Shown here in pieces: positions 25,548 through 37,749 of a stretch of 64,000 nucleotides of DNA. The notes beneath the pieces are model-generated. The model was given only the letters and a program-made list of their open reading frames with translations. It did not search any database and was not told the origin of the DNA. The first letter of the stretch is position 1. Each line of letters begins with the position of its first letter. The position numbers were made by a program, and so were the translations under genes. Source of the DNA: Azolla caroliniana (Eukaryota > Plantae > Polypodiophyta); NCBI GenBank assembly GCA_043228905.1, contig JBHGNT010000022.1, positions 3,720,001-3,784,000 of the forward strand, given 5' to 3'.

Positions 25548-28500
25548 CTACTTCAAAAGATTGCACTCTTGCAATATAAAGTGAGGAAATTGTGCCTTAA
25601 GCGAATGCTCGCGTTCCCATGTGGCATCATCAATAGGTTTATCCATCCATTTGATCTTGAATAGCCGAATCTCTTTAGAACGTAAACGTTTAGTACGAGA
25701 ATCAAGAATTCGTTCAGGAACATGAGGTTTGTAAGAAAAATCCGCTAATGTTACAAGATCTTGGATTGTGATGGTGTTATCACCAGAGCCTAAAAATGGT
25801 TTTAGACGACTGACGTGAAAAACAGGATGAATACCAACGTTACGAGGTGAGGCAAGGTGATAAGCAGATGACCCAACTCGCTTAAGGATTTCAAATGGGC
25901 CACAATATCGTGGGGCTAACTTAGCGCACTTGCCCGTAGATAATGACGTAGAATCAGTCAGGACACGCAAAAAAACTTTTTGACCAATAGTAAATGCACG
26001 AGGACGTCTATCCTGATCAGCATAAAATCGAGCACGATCTTGAGCTGTCTTGACATTTTCTTTGGCAATATGCAACATTTGGTTCATGTCTTGCAAAAAA
26101 TTGCGTGTACTGTCTAATGTATCACGATGAATCGTGACATCAACTGGGGCACGTGGCTGAAAACCATACATCAACATAAAAGGACTATATCCAGTGGATG
26201 TATGTTTAGAGCTATTATAGGCAAATTCTAAGATAGGAAGGTATTGCTCCCACTTAGAAGGGGTTTTTGCTACATAAGCTCGAAGCATGTCCTCAATAAT
26301 TTGATTAACTCGTTCAGTTTGTCCATCAGACTGAGGATGATCTGCGGAACTCATGCTCAACGTAGTTTCTAGTTTCTTAAAGACCTGAGTCCAAAAGTCA
26401 CTAGTAAACTTGGAATCTCGATCACTAACAATATCCATCGGTAATCCATAAAAACAAAATAACTCATCAACAAATTGATAAGCCAACTGTTGAGCGGTTA
26501 CCGTGGTTTTTGTAGGAATAAATCTAGCTAATTTTGTTAGCCTGTCAACGACAACCCATATGGCATCATGACCCCTCTGTGTACGAGGTAAACTAACAAT
26601 AAAATCCATCGAGATACTTTCCCATTTATTGTTGGGAATATCTAAGGGATGTAAAAGACCAGCAGCTTTAAGTCGTTCCGACTTATTAATCTGACATTGT
26701 AAGCATTGAGTTACGTATTTATGCACGTCAGAGCGCATCTTAGGCCAGAAAAAGTACACGAGATGAGAACGAGTGTGCGTTGTATTCCAGGATGACCAGC
26801 AGATGGTGCATCATGACATTCATGAAAAATTTTCTGTTTAACATTTGGTAAATCTGGAACACAGACCTTTCCACTACGGTAGAGCAAACCGTTTGTAATG
26901 TGAAAGGTCGCCTTCGAGGGTAGGGTGCTAGTATCGGCATCTAAACCAGATTCGGCTTTCGTCCAGTATTTTGAGAAATAACTGTCATCAAGGTATTTCC
27001 CTCGAAGGTGATCTAAAAGATCAGATTTTATTTCCGTGAAGCTAAGCATGTTAACTTCTTTAATGCGACTAAGAGCATCAGCAACGGTGTTCATAGAACC
27101 CTTGCGATATCGTATGGAAAAATCAAAATCTTGCATAAGGTCAGCCCAACGGCCTTTACGACCAACGAGATCGGGCTGGTCACAAAAATACTTTAATGAT
27201 TGATGGTCTGTTGTAACCACAAATTTATTTCCATAGAGATAGTGCCTCCATGTTTTAAGTGCGTGTATCACCGCAAACAACTCTTTCTCTTGAACCGAAT
27301 ACCGAGATTAAGCAACATCAAGCTTCTTACTTTCAAAAGCAATAGGGTGACCACCTTGATAAAGAACGGCACCAATAGCATAATCACTAGCATCGGTTTC
27401 AATTGAGAAAGGCTTAGAAGGGTCTGGTAATAGAAGAGTGGGAGCCTGACATACATGCTCCTTGAGTGTCTCAAATGATTTGTCAAGTTGTTCATTCCAT
27501 GAAATTGGTTTGACAGACTTACGTGGATGACCTTTTAAAAGGTCAGTTAATGGCGTAGTCAATTTGGAATAGTTACGAATTGATTTTCGTAAAAATCCAA
27601 CAAACCCTAAGAATGATCTAAGTTCACGAATATTACGAGGAATGGGCCAAAGTTTAACCTTTTCAATACGAGAAGGTTCAATTTCAACGCCATTTTCTAT
27701 AATTAAATGACCTAGGTACACAATAGATTTTTGGAAGAAGTCACATTTTGAATGTTTTGCATAGAAAGAGTTGTCACGCAACTTTCGCAAAACAAATCGA
27801 ACATGTTGAACATGATCTTGCAAGGTACGGCTATATATCAAAATATCATCCAAGAAGACGACAACAAAATCACCGAGTTGATCTCGGAAAACATCATTCA
27901 TCGCTTGTTGGAATGTGGCTGGAGCATTAGTCAACCCAAACGGCATGACTAAAAACTCATAATGGCCATAGCGCGTACGAAAAGCGGTTTTAGGAATATC
28001 ATCCTCGGCGATGCGAATCTGATGATAACCAGTTCGTAAGTCAATTTTCGTAAAATATCGAGCCCCGTGCAAACGATCAATCAAATCATCGGCACGAGGT
28101 AATGGATATGCATTCTTAATTGTCATTTTATTCAAACGGCGATAATTGATACACATTCGCCACGAACCTTCCTTCTTCTTAACTAATAGAACTGGCGCAC
28201 CCCAAGGTGATTTACTATACCTAATGTGGCCCATACTCAAGTATTCCTTAAGTTGTTTAGCGATCTCATCCTCTTCTAATCGACTAAGTCGGTAAGGTGG
28301 AATGCTCACAGGAGCAGCCCCAGGGATGAGTTCAATTTGATGGTCCACATTACGTTTAGGTGGTAAAGTAAGCGGTAATTCAGTAGGAAACACATCTTGA
28401 AAATCCTCTAAAATAGAGTCGAGTAATCGTTGCTCAAAATGTGGTAATTGTGTGGCGTCAATATTAAAATAATAAAATTGAACCGCAGGATCAATTACAC

Positions 28501-29950
28501 ACGAATAAATTAATGAACTAGAATACTCACTTAAAGATTTAGAAGACACAAGTGAATGAGAAGGAAGTTTGGAACATTGAATAAAATGTTTACAATTATT
28601 AAGTTCAAATGTGATTGAGTGATTAACCCAATCAATGGACAAAGAAGGGTTTTTATTAAAAAACCAAGGATATCCTAAAATGCCATCTGCGGATTGTAAT
28701 TTCATAACATGAAAGTCAAGCTTCTCCAAATAAGTATCTATTTGAATTGGCAGTTGACAAACAATGCCACTGATGTATTGAACGTTTCCATTTGCCATGT
28801 GAACTTGATAGATATGATCACTTGCGTTTATGTGGAGCTCCATTTGCTGCACAAAGTGATCATTAAGAAAATTGTGAGAACTACCGGAATCAAACAAGAA
28901 ATGTGCTTGTGTTCCATTGATATATCCGACTGCTCGGAGTAAATCATTAGGTCCAAGTAAATGTGAAGGAAAAGTGCATTCACATAAACTTAAGTGATTG
29001 GTATGAACTTCAACAATATCAAAAGACTCACCTGTGTGACTCGTAGATTTGTCTTGAGGAGGGGTGTTCATTGACTTCCTCTCAAGACGACGACAGGTAT
29101 CCTTTGTGTGGCCCCGCTTCTTGCAATATGCACAGAAGAGGTTCGGTTTCTTTGAGTCGCGGTCAAGAGTGTCACTGGATTGCTTACGTTTCCCAATGAA
29201 CTTGACATTCGGAGTTTTGGCGAACTTAGGTTTATTGTGGTCTTTCTTGGAAGTCCTATGGTATCGCAGCACAATGTTGACGGCTTCCTCGAAAGTTGTG
29301 GGGTCCTTGTCATGGACAATCCAATGATAATCCCCATTGGGAATACCATTCAAAAAACAAGCGACAAACCATTTCTCACCCGTAAGTCCCGATTTTTGGA
29401 TCTGGGTCCGAGCGTGATGCACATAATCCTCGAGAGAGGTAAATGGCTTACTAGACAATGTGAGCAAGTGTTGCGCTTGTTTGGTTTGAGAAGGTGGCTG
29501 CAAGAATTGTTTCTTAAAAACATCAACGAAACCTTCCCAAGTTGTGGGTAAGTTTTTTGCGGTCCTTAGGCCACGCCACCAAGCAGCAGCTCGGCCACCT
29601 AACTCACGACCGACATAACCAATTTTTACTGCATCGGGCTTGGGATGAAGCTCAAAGTGAGACTCCCAACGACCAAGCCAAGTGCTAATGGCCTCCTCGG
29701 TTCTTTCTTTCTTATCTCCCTTGAAAGGCGTGACTACGAAGGAAGGTTCACCTTCTTTCTTGGACTCAATAGTTAATTCTTGGAATTTCTTTTCCAATGC
29801 CATATTGGCCTGTCTCATTTCGGCCAATTGATTCAAGGTAGTAGTGAGCAATTGCTCAATAGTGATCTCAGCTTGTGTGCGAGATGCGGATTGGGGTTGA
29901 GAGGTCTCATTTGGAGAGATCGTTCCAACTGCGTTCAAAACTTGTTCCAT
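25548..29950 (-). pseudogene. G4 gag-pol (Gag with CCHC knuckle, PR, RT, RH, INT, chromodomain); one in-frame stop and one frameshift
   Basis: ORFs 27308-29950 and 26711-27280 share a frame; 25548-26759 is shifted; motifs [26 protein letters not shown]-terminal PERILD..KW..DATWE. Confidence 0.93.
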
Positions 29951-30977
29951 GATGCACGCTGTGGGTATGCAATAAAATAAGGAGGTTCAGAAAATACACA
30001 AGCAAAATGAATGCTTGAAATTTTGATTGAAAGAACTTTATCCAAGAAAGTATCTCATGTCTTTACCCCTCTAGACATATGAGATGTGATTCGAGATCCG
30101 ATAACTATGGTAACACTATGGTGTTTTAAAAACCATGGGGGAAAACATAGCTAAGATGTATTTCTCGGATCTCTATCTTGAGTAATCATGGCGGCTCCCC
30201 GAGGCTCAACCATGGTTCTTACATCAATGAAATTTCCTAGATAGCCTTATATTAATGCCAACCCATCATGTATTATATGGTCGAGAAAGTGTATTACGTG
30301 AAAAAAACAAGTGCACTCACAAGTAATATTCTAGTCTTGCGAGCAATAAGCAAACGTGATGATAAAATGATAAAATAAGGCACTACTCATAAGAGTTAAG
30401 TAGTGATGAAAACAAGGGTAAAAAAAAAAGAACCCATGTGTTACCTACGAAAAAAACAATGTCACAAATAAATGGGAAGTGCAAGGTATGCACATATACA
30501 TCCCAATATGATTGTTATAACTTGCACAATTGTGACATAAGCCACAAATTGATACAAGTGATGACGGTGTTGTGCGCAAAGATGTAATACTCAAATCCAT
30601 GAGTAAAACATCAATAAGGGAACTCATATGGTTTTACTCGTTTTCTAAGGCTTGATGATAAGAGTTAAACCTAGATGACCCGTTGAAAAAATAATAATAA
30701 TAAATAATAAATAAATAAAAATCGTTCAACAAGCCACTCCATACGAAAAAATAGTCTACACGTAAAGGTTACATTAAAAATAAACGATGTAAATACTTTA
30801 CACATGAAAAGGAAGTGGAAAAAGGATAGTTAATTGTGGGCGGGTAAATAATAATTACTAGAAAATCATATAAGTGAAACAATACTTATGAAATCAAAAT
30901 TTAATTAGAATAATCAACAATTAGGTGTATGGAATCAAACATGCCCTAAGATACGAAACCCTAGGGTAGTTGACATG

Positions 30978-31296
30978 CACCTCCTCAAGACCACCACATA
31001 TCCCTAGAATCGGCCAAGTAATGGCTAATTAAAGAGGAAAGTGGCATAGGTAAGTGACATATACCTCGTCAAGGCCACATCATCCCTTAGAATCGGCCAA
31101 TTGATGGCTTATTAAAAAGGAAAGTGGCATATGTAAGCTACATATACCTTGTCAAGGCCACAACATCCCATAGAATCGGCCAATTGATGGCTTAATAGAG
31201 AGTAGAGTGGCATATGTAGGCAACATACACCTCGTCAAGGCCACATCATCCCTTAGAATCGGCCAAGTGATGGCTCAATAGAGAGGAAGAGTGGTA
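30978..31296. repeat. About 4 x 83-bp tandem repeat in G4 5' UTR, followed by a ~120-bp duplication (about 31305-31490)
   Basis: Unit ACCTCGTCAAGGCCACATCATCCCTTAGAATCGGCCAATTGATGGCT... starts near 30978, 31062, 31145, 31228. Confidence 0.9.
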
Positions 31297-32488
31297 TACT
31301 CAACATCATATGCAAAACGGCCATGAGATAAGCGTGTGCGATTAGAGCAAACACGCTTGACCCAATGCACAAGAATAATTATTATCGTAAGAGTTCAAGA
31401 GAGGAGAGAGTGGGATATATATCGCAATATGCAAAAGGCCATGAGTTGAGCGTGTGCGATTAGTGCAAACACCCTTGGCCCGATGCATAATAATAAGTAA
31501 AATCGTAGCGTAGTAGGAGGTAGAAAGAAAGAGAATAAAACGTAATACCAATTTGATTCGACCATAAAGAACGCATAATAGAAAAAGAGAAGAGATCAAA
31601 AAAGAAGAATACCGGGTTTAGAGTGTTGTTTTGATCCTGAGAAGAGCATGACGAGCCTTGTTAGATCCCCCTCGCTCACACGCAAAAAACATCAAAACAA
31701 CAAAAAAATTGTTAGTAAAAGCTCTGATACCACTGTTAAGAGTCTATTACTAATCAATAGACCAAATCAAGTAAAAAGGAAGAAAATAGATTGGATAGAA
31801 GAACCCGTTCCACCCGACCACCCCCGAGCTATGATCTAGACATAGCCAACCTACCACCGACGTCCCATACCGCCGGATATTAGGATGACTAATACCTTGG
31901 AAGAGATAAACACGATCGTCGAGACGAAAGCCTAGCCCGCACCACCGGTGTCTACGACAGCAGCCTTCCGACGTGATGATCTCTATGAGGGTAGCTAAGC
32001 CTCATATTTATACCTTTTCCTAGGCCCCTTGAATAGATGTGCCTTTCTAAAAGGCTCTCTATTCATTGGTTGTCTAAATCATGATAGTGCATGCACATAT
32101 CATTCATTCTATCCAATCATTAGTCCCCTTTTTAATAATAGTGAACATACCCTTCACTAATGTAAATATTAGTGACCTACCCTCACCAACGTTATGTGTA
32201 CATAACACACCGCGTCCTGACGAGCCAACTTTTGATAACCAAAAGCAAGTAATCCTAGGACAAGTACCACTGCAAGCAACGCAGGTCTTCGGTATGCCCT
32301 TGGATCCCCACGTTATCGATACCATACGTGAGGAATTGAAGACAGATGCTTTTGCCCAAGCCATTCTAGCACAAATTGATCCCTCTCTAGCATCTTGTTC
32401 ACAGTCGCAACAACCAGGTACGGACTATCGACAATTCAAATGTCATGATGGATTACTATTCTTTAAGAAACTCTTGTATGTTCCTAAT

Positions 32489-32688
32489 GGTTTTGCTCGT
32501 TTATCTTTGTTTTTCCATTCTTTCCATGCTTCTCATTGTGTGCCTTTTGGTGCTTGACAAGTTCCCGTGGTGACTTCAAGTAGCTCCTCCAAGTCAATTA
32601 GTAGCTCCATCCTTGGTTTCCAAATTCGATAATTCTTTGCGTTAAGTTTATCTACGAAGTATTTTCTTTCTTGAGAGGAACTTGCCAT
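32489..32688 (-). pseudogene. Copia-type gag N-terminal fragment
   Basis: Manual translation MASSSQEK-(frameshift)-KYFVDKLNAKNYRIWKPRMELLIDLEELLEV..W..WKNKDKRAK fits the Copia gag KL...NY..W..RM pattern. Confidence 0.7.
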
Positions 32689-33187
32689 AATGCTCAGGTT
32701 GTTTTCTCGTTTTCTCTTCTTTCTTTCTTTCTTTCTTTTTCCTCTTGGTTTCCTCTTTATATAATAGAGGAAGTGGAGGGAACGTTGGATGTGTTTGAAA
32801 AATACAGTTACTAATAAAAAGAAAACAGTAATAGTTAATAATAGTAACTACTCTAGATGTGGTGTAGAGTTAATGTGGCAACTAAAATTAGTTGCTCTAA
32901 AACGGTTTTGTTGTTTCTAATAAATGCAACATGTGATACCAATGGGCTGATATCGACCAGAGAAGTATCTACATGCATAGAGGTAATTCCAAGACTGATG
33001 ACACAATCGACTATACAAGAGAAAAATAGTGTGAACCCAAGCCCAAAGACTGCATAAGAGCAAAAGAAGGTGAAGCCAGACCCAAAGACACAGTCGACCA
33101 AGGGTTTGAAGAGGAAAAGGACACCAATTGTGTTGACAGAACCTGAGTTCATTTAAATTAACCTAACTTGGTGTAACAGAGGCTTAG

Positions 33188-33710
33188 TTGCAAGAATGGA
33201 AACCTAAACCATTAGAAGACGAAAGAAGAGCCTTGATCTTGGAGCTTGATAAAGTCTTGATGAGTGTGTGATATATGACACCAAGGAGGGACACGAATCA
33301 ATTTCGAGAGTGGGTTATGCATTACTTTGATTTGTTTATTTTGAGTGAAAAAACACGTTCAGATGTATGGAAGTGTGTAGAAAGATTCTTCCCAAAGTGG
33401 CGACAACATTTTAAGGGTCAATGGACACGAGAAAGATGTGAGCAGTAGGATATTGCAAGATTCAAAAGACTTTCTGATTTTTGACATACCTGGCCCGAAC
33501 ATAATGCTGACAATATGTTGATTGTGGATACAGAACATTTCTGGCATTACTGCAACCTTGGCAGATGTTGTCTCATTGTACTCGAGGAAATGCATGATAA
33601 CTACTTGGGGAGACATTGAGCTGCCAACTAACTGCATGGTTGTGGACACCATACCGAGGTCGATATGCAGATCACATATGTAGAGAAGTTGCACTGACCA
33701 GTAAGAGTTT
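33188..33710 (+). pseudogene. Intronless FCP1/NIF (HAD phosphatase-like) domain pseudogene
   Basis: Manual translation RRALILELDKVL..*..PRRDTNQFREWVMHYFDLFILS..FKGQWTRERC..FKRLSDF*HTWP..NADNMLIVD..HYCN follows the NIF-domain motif order (LVLDLD, RP..FL..F..FS, C, K.L..W, N.L.VD..N). Confidence 0.55.
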
Positions 33711-34163
33711 AACTGTTTATAAGCGCTTTGTAGACATTGCCAATGGTGTATTATAAATATGTAATTTAATGACATATTAATCAATTATGAAGAATTAAAT
33801 CGCTTGTTTTGAGTAAATTATAGATACTGTGTCATTTTAAAATAGGTGATTGATTTCTGATTTCATGTTGTTGGTTGTTCTCAGAATGGCAAACTGTTTG
33901 AACTTGTACATGGTTCACTTGAGAGTAAAAGAACCATTGCCAAAATGTATTCAGACAGTATAAACATCATTATGCACATTGAACAGACACTAAAACTGAA
34001 AGTTACAATAAGTAAAACTAACAATCAATATACATTTAACAGACACGATTTTATTAAGAAACAAGAACAAAAAGAAGACTCCCAAATGATTTTATTAAAC
34101 TGTTTTTTTGCAATACAACTACTTTGTCCACTTTACTAGAAAACTAGTATGATCTCCTTGTAG

Positions 34164-34361
34164 CTACAAATTTCATGGCATATTGTTGTAAATACATTCA
34201 TACACATTAGCACTAACTGTGTAGAAATCTAAGCAGCTATTGTATTGCGACATCGGGACGTTGATGCACCTAACCAAATGAGAGTACATGTACGCTACTG
34301 GTTTGCCTTCTAAAAGCCTATACACATAATTGTAATCATTTAGTCTCACATAAAAAATACC
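34164..34361 (-). pseudogene. C-terminal fragment of a putative DNA-transposon protein
   Basis: 66-codon frame GIFYVRLNDYNYVYRLLEGKPVAYMYSHLVRCINVPM..YTVS..YECIYNNMP; resembles, from memory only, the C-terminus of repetitive transposase-like proteins of seed-free plants. Confidence 0.4.
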
Positions 34362-34725
34362 TTTGATGTAGAATATCCCGACTGATACAAAATTTCCACA
34401 AGGGTTAAAAAAGTAGTATAAGGGGCTAAATACTGGTGTTGAACCGAACGGCTTGTGATGAATGTATGGACACCTATTTATAGGTCCTTGTGGAGTATTT
34501 TAGAATGTTCTAAAATATTTTAGATATTTAGGATAATTATGAAATATTCTAGAATACTCTAAATATCTTGTAATAACTAATAATATAATTATTATGATTA
34601 TACATCATATATGTTATATAATGGTTAAAGGTTTAACATATAGACCAAGGAGTTGTGGGTTCGAATCCTTGGGAACCAAAATCTATCTCTTCATGAGAAA
34701 GAGAGATAACATAAGTATATAGAAA

Positions 34726-37700
34726 TGTTAATCCTTAGGGCCGGACAACAGCCTAACACAGTGTGTCCACTTAAGACACTTCACCAAAGAGTGTTACGGC
34801 GAGATAGCTTACAACACAACGCTTAATTGGACCTTAATTGGTTACTTAGCAATACGTCATTAACACGCGTAAGATATACAATAAGCACAGAACGGTGAAC
34901 AATCCTCAATGATTAACAAAAGGTTTATATTACTCTCCGTTGATTACTACATTGTAACCGGGCCTTTATATAGGTCACCGGTGCAAAGTACAAAACGGTG
35001 CCAATCGGCACCTATTCGGGATCGGTCCGGATCCGGATCGGCATACCGATTCCGGTCCATCTGTCCACATCTTCTCATATATTAATATATTAAGACTAGT
35101 AATTACAACAGGTTCCCAAATAACAATTCCCCTTTTCACACCCTGGTCTTGGCGTCCTTAGCTCCTTTGCCGATCGGGTAACACATGGCACGCCCGTGGG
35201 ACAATACCTTGTACGTCGAATCCCACACCGGTCCCTTACTCTTCGTCCAAGATATCCAAGATGCTTTGCTCCAGGGTCTCCAGTGGTTCTACAGGAATTT
35301 GTTGTGGCTGTTGTTGCTGTTGATGTTGCGGCTGCTCCGATTGTGGCTGGGGTTGCTTCTTTGTTTGTGGCTCCGACTCTGGTTGCGGCTTCGATTGTTG
35401 CTCTGGCACCGAAGTTTCCTTCGTTGTTTCCTCCGTCGGAGTTGTCTCTGGTTGACTTACCCCAGCCTGGTCCCCGTCTGGTCCTTGTACCGGCGACGGT
35501 TCCTCATCACTAAGGTTGACCGTTGCCGCCTGCCTTGCTTTTTCTTCCCTAAGCCGGAGCCGCTCATAGCTCTCAAACTGGATTTGAGCATCCATCCGAT
35601 CATCGTCCAGTTGAGCTATGAGTTGTCGGACCTTCACCAATTGCTCATCCGCCAGAGTTGTGAAATCTTCTACCAACTCATCCTTTATGGCGGTGAAGTC
35701 CTTTGATGTGAGCATGTAACAGTCGTCACCTTCCTTCCGTTGGTTTTCCGCGTCTGCCTTGAGCAACTGGAGTTCAGCCGCATTCTGCGCCCATTTCGTC
35801 CACCATCGCACGGAGCTCTCGTCAATCAAGCGTTTGGTCTTGTTTAGCCATGCCCGGAGGATGCACTAGATCTGTTCCATTCCCATCTGTGATTTTTTCT
35901 CCGCGGCTTGTCGCTCCTCTTTCAATTGCTTGATGATTTTGACCGTGTCCACCTCTTGCTCCCTATAATGCGACAATTGACTTTGATAGGTTGTTTGCAA
36001 CTTCTGTAACACCATTGTCGCCCTCTCCTTTTCTTCATGGTGTTACTTGTGGAGCTCCATCCGGTCCCTCGCTGCTTCCTCCAATAGCTTTGTATTCTCA
36101 GCCTGTTCGTCGGCGAGTGTTGTCGTGGCCCTATCAACTTCCTGCCGGAGCTTGGCCATCCTTTCCTACGGTTGCTTATCCTCCGTGTCCAAGCTCTTAA
36201 AGTTCCGGTGCAGGTGGTTGAAGTCCTCTGTCTTCTGCTTCAGCCTTTGGTTGATTTGCTGGCGAGCGCGGTCTTCCCGGTCCTTTTGTTGACGGAGTTC
36301 TTCTTTCAGCATTTCGATTTCCGTTTCCACCATCCGTCGCAGCTTGTCCTTCTCCTATAGCAATTTTTCTTTTTCCTCCTTTAGCTAGTCGTAAGCTTGA
36401 TGCCCTTTCCGCAGATTTTCTTCTACCTGGTGGAGGTTTTCAACAGTCTTCTTTAACTCCTCTTCTGCCGCTTTCTTCAAATCTCGTTCGTGGCTCCGTA
36501 GTGCTTCTTGTGCGGCAAGTTCGTCCCTTAATTCGGCAAGCTCTTGGGCTTGCGCCGTATCTTTCTCCGGGACAGTTTTTGTCTCTAGGGTCTTATTCAT
36601 GTGTACAGGCGTGGTTGTTTCTTTATTCTGTACATCTACCAGAGTCACCGGTGCTTGGATCTGTGTTGCGATTAAGGCCAGTTTGGCCATGTCTTCTGTG
36701 ACCCAATCCAAGTCTTGTTCAAGGCACCGGATCCTTGACCGGGCCGTCTCTAGTTCATCGGTTGTGATTAGCAACCGTTCCATTTGCGCTCGTTCTTCCG
36801 CCTCTACATACAGTATCACTCCGGCAACCTGCTCTCCTATCCACCGGAGCCATTGGCTGTCGGTGCCCTGTTGTTGCGTCTGCACGGAGGGTTGGCTGAT
36901 GGGTTCACTTGCTAATGGCCAGTCCCGCCTAACTGCGTCAGGCTGCAATTCCGGCTTTGCCTGCTGACCGCTTTGTCGTTTAGGTTTCAGTTGTGTTTCG
37001 GCTGGCCGCTCTTGTTCTGCTTGTTCTTGGCCGGTTGAAGAAGATGGCACATGCCTTACCGGCGCTTGCATTTTGGGGCTTGCCGTTTCTTGACCCGCCG
37101 GTATTGCCTGTTGTGTAGGGGCTTCTGAGACCGGTTCCATCCGAACCGGTTCTGGTTCCTCCCTTGGCGTGGAATTCTCAGTGTGGGGTAAAGGCATTCC
37201 ATCCTTCCGTGGGTCCAAACGCTTCCTAGTTGATTCCGCGGTGCTCGTCGTCGGCCACTGCTAGAGGTGCTCCGTAGGTCGCCCAAAACTGTGTTAATCC
37301 TTAGGGCCGGACAACAGCCTAACACAGGGTGTCCATTTAAGACACTTCACCAAAGGGTGTTACGACGAGATAACTTACGACACAACGTTTAATTGGACCT
37401 TAATTGGTTACTTCGCAATACGTCATTAACACGCGTAAGATATACAATAAGCACAAAACGGTGAACAATACTCAATGATTAACAATAGATTTATATTACT
37501 CTCCGTTGATGACTACATTGTAACCGGGCCTTTATATAGGTCACCGGTGCGAAGTACAAAACGGTGCCAACCGACACCTATTCGGGATCGGTCTGGATCC
37601 GGATAAGCATACCGATTCCGGTCTGTCCGTCCACGTCTTCTCATATATTAATATATTAAGACTAGTAATTACAACATATTCCCAAATAACAATTCCCCTT

Positions 37701-37749
37701 TTCACACCCTAGTCTTGGCAGCCTTAGCTCCTTTACCGGCCAGGTAACA
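34726..37749 (-). mobile_element. Non-autonomous 3.0-kb LTR element N1 carrying one coiled-coil ORF
   Basis: 458-bp LTRs 34726-35183 and 37292-37749 (TG..CA), TSD AGAAA, PBS-like TTTTGGGCGACCTAC next to the 5' LTR; no PR/RT/INT motifs seen. Confidence 0.93.
35236..37218 (-). pseudogene. About 660-aa Q/E/K-rich coiled-coil protein of N1 with five in-frame stops
   Basis: ORFs 36385-37218 and 35236-35829 lie in one frame with no frameshift; stops at 36385, 36355, 36166, 36043, 35866 (four TAG, one TAA). Confidence 0.8.

Larger units (their letters stand above)
25067..32207 (-). mobile_element. Young chromovirus (Ty3/Gypsy with chromodomain) G4
   Basis: 474-bp LTRs 25067-25540 and 31734-32207 with only two differences seen by eye; TSD CACCG; tRNA-Met PBS 31721-31732; PPT about 25541-25551. 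Confidence 0.97.
23780..32490 (+). mobile_element. Tcn1-like Ty3/Gypsy pol fragment (RT-RH-linker) without LTRs, split by chromovirus G4
   Basis: [27 protein letters not shown] at about 24250, RH ORF 24476-24931; frame resumes at 32213 and ends at LLYVPNG. Confidence 0.87.

Noticed and set aside
30978-31296. Possible hammerhead ribozyme array (TTGACGAG on minus strand)
   Set aside because: No proper CUGANGA plus GAAA core geometry
33359-33784. 141-aa minus-strand ORF
   Set aside because: No motif; the opposite strand carries the NIF-like pseudogene
35185-35706. Leu/Trp-rich 173-aa ORF resembling a membrane protein
   Set aside because: Antisense of the Q/P-rich tail of the N1 ORF
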